Position numbers and translations under genes: made by a program. A stretch of DNA of 64,000 bases from contig OZ038378.1 of assembly GCA_964036045.1 (NCBI GenBank), positions 164,734,001 to 164,798,000 on the forward strand, written 5' to 3'. How positions within the stretch are numbered: the stretch's first letter is position 1; each line of letters starts with the position of its first letter. Positions 61,741 to 64,000 of this stretch are shown here, piece after piece. The notes below the pieces were generated by a model that saw nothing but the letters and a program-made list of their open reading frames with translations, ran no database searches and was not told where the DNA came from. The DNA is from Eutreptiella sp. 'Long Island Sound 2002' (taxonomy: Eukaryota > Protista > Euglenida).

Positions 61741-62903
61741 TACGAACCACCAACCGCAACCTTTGAAGTAAAGAAGGTCTCATCTCGAATTTGATGCGCA
61801 ACAGGAATTTTGTGCTGCTTTTGGCGCACAACCCATTGAATCTCAGACCCCGCCTTTGCAAAGCGTTCTTGCCACCCTCATCCTCACGATGACCCCCCAC
61901 AACCCGTGCCAACCCAAGCGGCCACGTGTGGATGATGGGAAGCCGCGGCACAATGTCGTGCGGTCTGTCAGTTGCTGCGGAAAGCAAAGTGTAACACTTT
62001 AAACTTAAGTTCAGCAAACCTGACCCTCACACAGTGTGTTTTTTCTTTTCCCTGGCTCAATGGGGTGCAGGTGTCCGCGGAGCGCCGGGAGACACCGAAC
62101 CTTTGATGTTGTGCCCTTTCCTTGTGCAGGGAGGCAGGGGTGAGGGAGAGCGGAGACGGGAGGGCCGAGTGCCCGCAACAAAGCCAAACCAATCGCCTCT
62201 AAATGGCCTGACATGGGGGCGCTTACCGATGGAGTAGGCTTTCTGAATAGAGCGGTGTGACTGCATCGTGGTCCCCCTGGCACACTTGGATTGCTGTCTT
62301 GGTCCCACATCCGTATCCGACATCAGAGCCTGAGAGGCAGTGGAAACGCGGAGGACGACATACTTCAGGAGAATGGCAGTCACTTTTGGATGCAACAAAA
62401 CAGAGCAAACTTCTGGACTCTGCCACGGCCACCAGGACTGTGTTGAACATTCCACGACCATCCGTCGGCATCAGATTCCACTGCTTGGCCTGTACGTATG
62501 GTCGATTATCCGCCAACTGCCACCGGGCGACCGTCAGCCTTGGCTGCTCCTCAGAAAATGCAAAAAGCTGCAAACTCCTGTCGCCTGAACCGCAAGCAAC
62601 CGCAAAACGCCATCGGCTTGATAAACAACTTACCCAATCCGCTCTATTCCTGGGCCTGAGGGGGAAAGTGTTGGGGCGGGCACACCTGTTTCGCACCATC
62701 CTTCACCCGCACAGAACCGGGTGCCGCCGGCGCTGCACAGAGCGTTTCCGTGGAGCGGAGCGGGACCCGCCGCGGTCCATCGCACGCAGACGGTGTGAAG
62801 GTTTGGTGCCGTAGCACCCACTGGGACGCGTTTCACGCATCACGCCGCCACACGGCCCTGCGCACCTCTGCCCCCGCACGCCCCCCCACCGCTTCTCCCG
62901 CAG

Positions 62904-63383
62904 CACGTGGGGCATGTCTCCCCCCGCAAGTATAATGAGGTCATCGATGCGGACTCCGACAAACCGAACCAGCGGGCAGTCAATACGCAGGACTTCAGCC
63001 TCACCGCCAGCCGAGCGGTGCTGGGCTACAAAGGCCATCAGCCCTCCCTCTACACGTCCGACGCGGGGGAGTTGGGCCCGGCAGCGGCCACCCCCTCCAC
63101 CGCGGCTGCCAGCCCGAGTGCCAGCGCCGAGGACTGCAAGCAACGGGCAAAGGTCGCCTCCCTTCGTCCATCCCGCACATCTCCTGTGCGCCAGCCACGA
63201 CAACAACACACCAGCAACCCCCCGGACGTGGGACACCATCAGGCCTCTGCTCTGGCTTCAGGAATCGAACCCAGAAGGGCTGGAGGAGTCGGGCCGCAAA
63301 TCAGTCCGAACCCCCCCCCCCCCCCCGCTGCTGCTGGCGTCCTCTCTCAGCACCTCACATCCCAGGAATCCCGTGTGGTCTAG
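62904..63383 (+). CDS. PYG-motif protein, exon 3 (3' end uncertain)
   Basis: cccgcag| acceptor; HVGHVSPRKYNEV...AVLGYKGHQPSLY; frame open to the TAG at 63381, but may splice earlier. Confidence 0.6.
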   Translation, partial: HVGHVSPRKYNEVIDADSDKPNQRAVNTQDFSLTASRAVLGYKGHQPSLYTSDAGELGPAAATPSTAAASPSASAEDCKQRAKVASLRPSRTSPVRQPRQQHTSNPPDVGHHQASALASGIEPRRAGGVGPQISPNPPPPPAAAGVLSQHLTSQESRVV

Positions 63384-63444
63384 TGGTTAGGATTTCCGGC
63401 TGCATACTCGGGCGGCCAGGGGTTCGATTCCCCCCGCACGAGAG
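63369..63444 (+). tRNA. tRNA-Glu-like degenerate gene/pseudogene or SINE head (GCA at the anticodon position)
   Basis: TCCCGTG..GGTCTAGTGGTTAGGAT A-box and GGTTCGATTCC B-box; acceptor stem has one mismatch; anticodon and T stems imperfect; followed by TTTTT. Confidence 0.6.
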
Positions 63445-63649
63445 GTGTTTTTGCCTCCTCCTTGGTGCTTTGTGGAACAGCATACACTGAGGGCTTGCGA
63501 TTTGGGGGGCCGGCAACTCCAGCACGGCCCCCGCCCGTCGCCGCCCCCGAACAACAAATAAAGAGGGTCGTTGCTTCAACTCGGAGCTCCCAGAAGCGCG
63601 GAAGCATCACAAGGGCCTTGGTTGGGGCTGGGATGCAGTGAGGGTACAA

Positions 63650-63964
63650 GATACAGGAGGGGTGCACTGGGAAAGACCCTTCTGGTTTGATGCGGGTGAC
63701 TTGAAGGTCTGGGCTGTGCCACTTGACCAGTTGTTTCCATTTTCATTGCAAGATTTTGAAGACACACAACACATGGCGCGCCGTTGGGCGCCGCCATGGG
63801 TGGCAGTCCACGGACACAAAGAGCACACAGATTGCTTTTGGGGGGGTGGGGTATGGACCTTGTGCGGACGTGCCCCAAGGACAACCAAGCCACGGTGCCG
63901 TGGGGAATGGATGGCGTGTGAAGTGTGTGGGTCTGGCCTGTGGCATGACTGTGCGACACGATGA
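63650..63964 (+). pseudogene. PWWP-like plus PHD-finger-like fragment
   Basis: FWFDAGD..VWAVPLDQLFPF (PWWP-like C-terminal half) and LCG..EWMACEVCG..LWHDCA (PHD-like). Confidence 0.45.
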
Positions 63965-64000
63965 CGCAAGGACGACACGGGGATGGGACAGAGGGAATGC

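Noticed and set aside
63369-63444. Functional tRNA-Cys(GCA)
   Set aside because: Glu-type body, mismatched stems and extra nucleotides in the T arm.

Overview
Repeat-rich, intron-containing eukaryotic genomic DNA. A euglenid (Eutreptiella/Euglena-like) origin is inferred from a euglenid spliced-leader-like relic, CAG|ATG acceptor-like sites, a paraflagellar-rod-like coiled coil and abundant poly(C)/poly(G) tracts. Host genes, all on the + strand: a 2-exon dicarboxylate/oxoglutarate-type mitochondrial carrier (2128-3539); an intronless 870-aa WWE + coiled-coil ORF preceded by a spliced-leader relic, probably a retrogene (41051-43663); a putative 2-exon secreted protein (50816-53356); a glycosyltransferase family 61 exon (58039-58407); and a 3-exon protein with GYxGHxP (PYG-like) motifs (60288-63383). 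The rest is mostly nested mobile DNA: RNase H-containing LINE remnants (one 5'-truncated copy has a ~75-bp target duplication), PIF/Harbinger derivatives with 3-bp TSDs carrying transposase, zinc-finger and DNA-methyltransferase-like fragments, a hAT-type MITE, foldback elements, an unclassified hairpin-terminated element family, several minisatellites and a degenerate tRNA-Glu-like element. No CRISPR array or rRNA is supported. All protein-family calls are motif recognition by eye, not database results.
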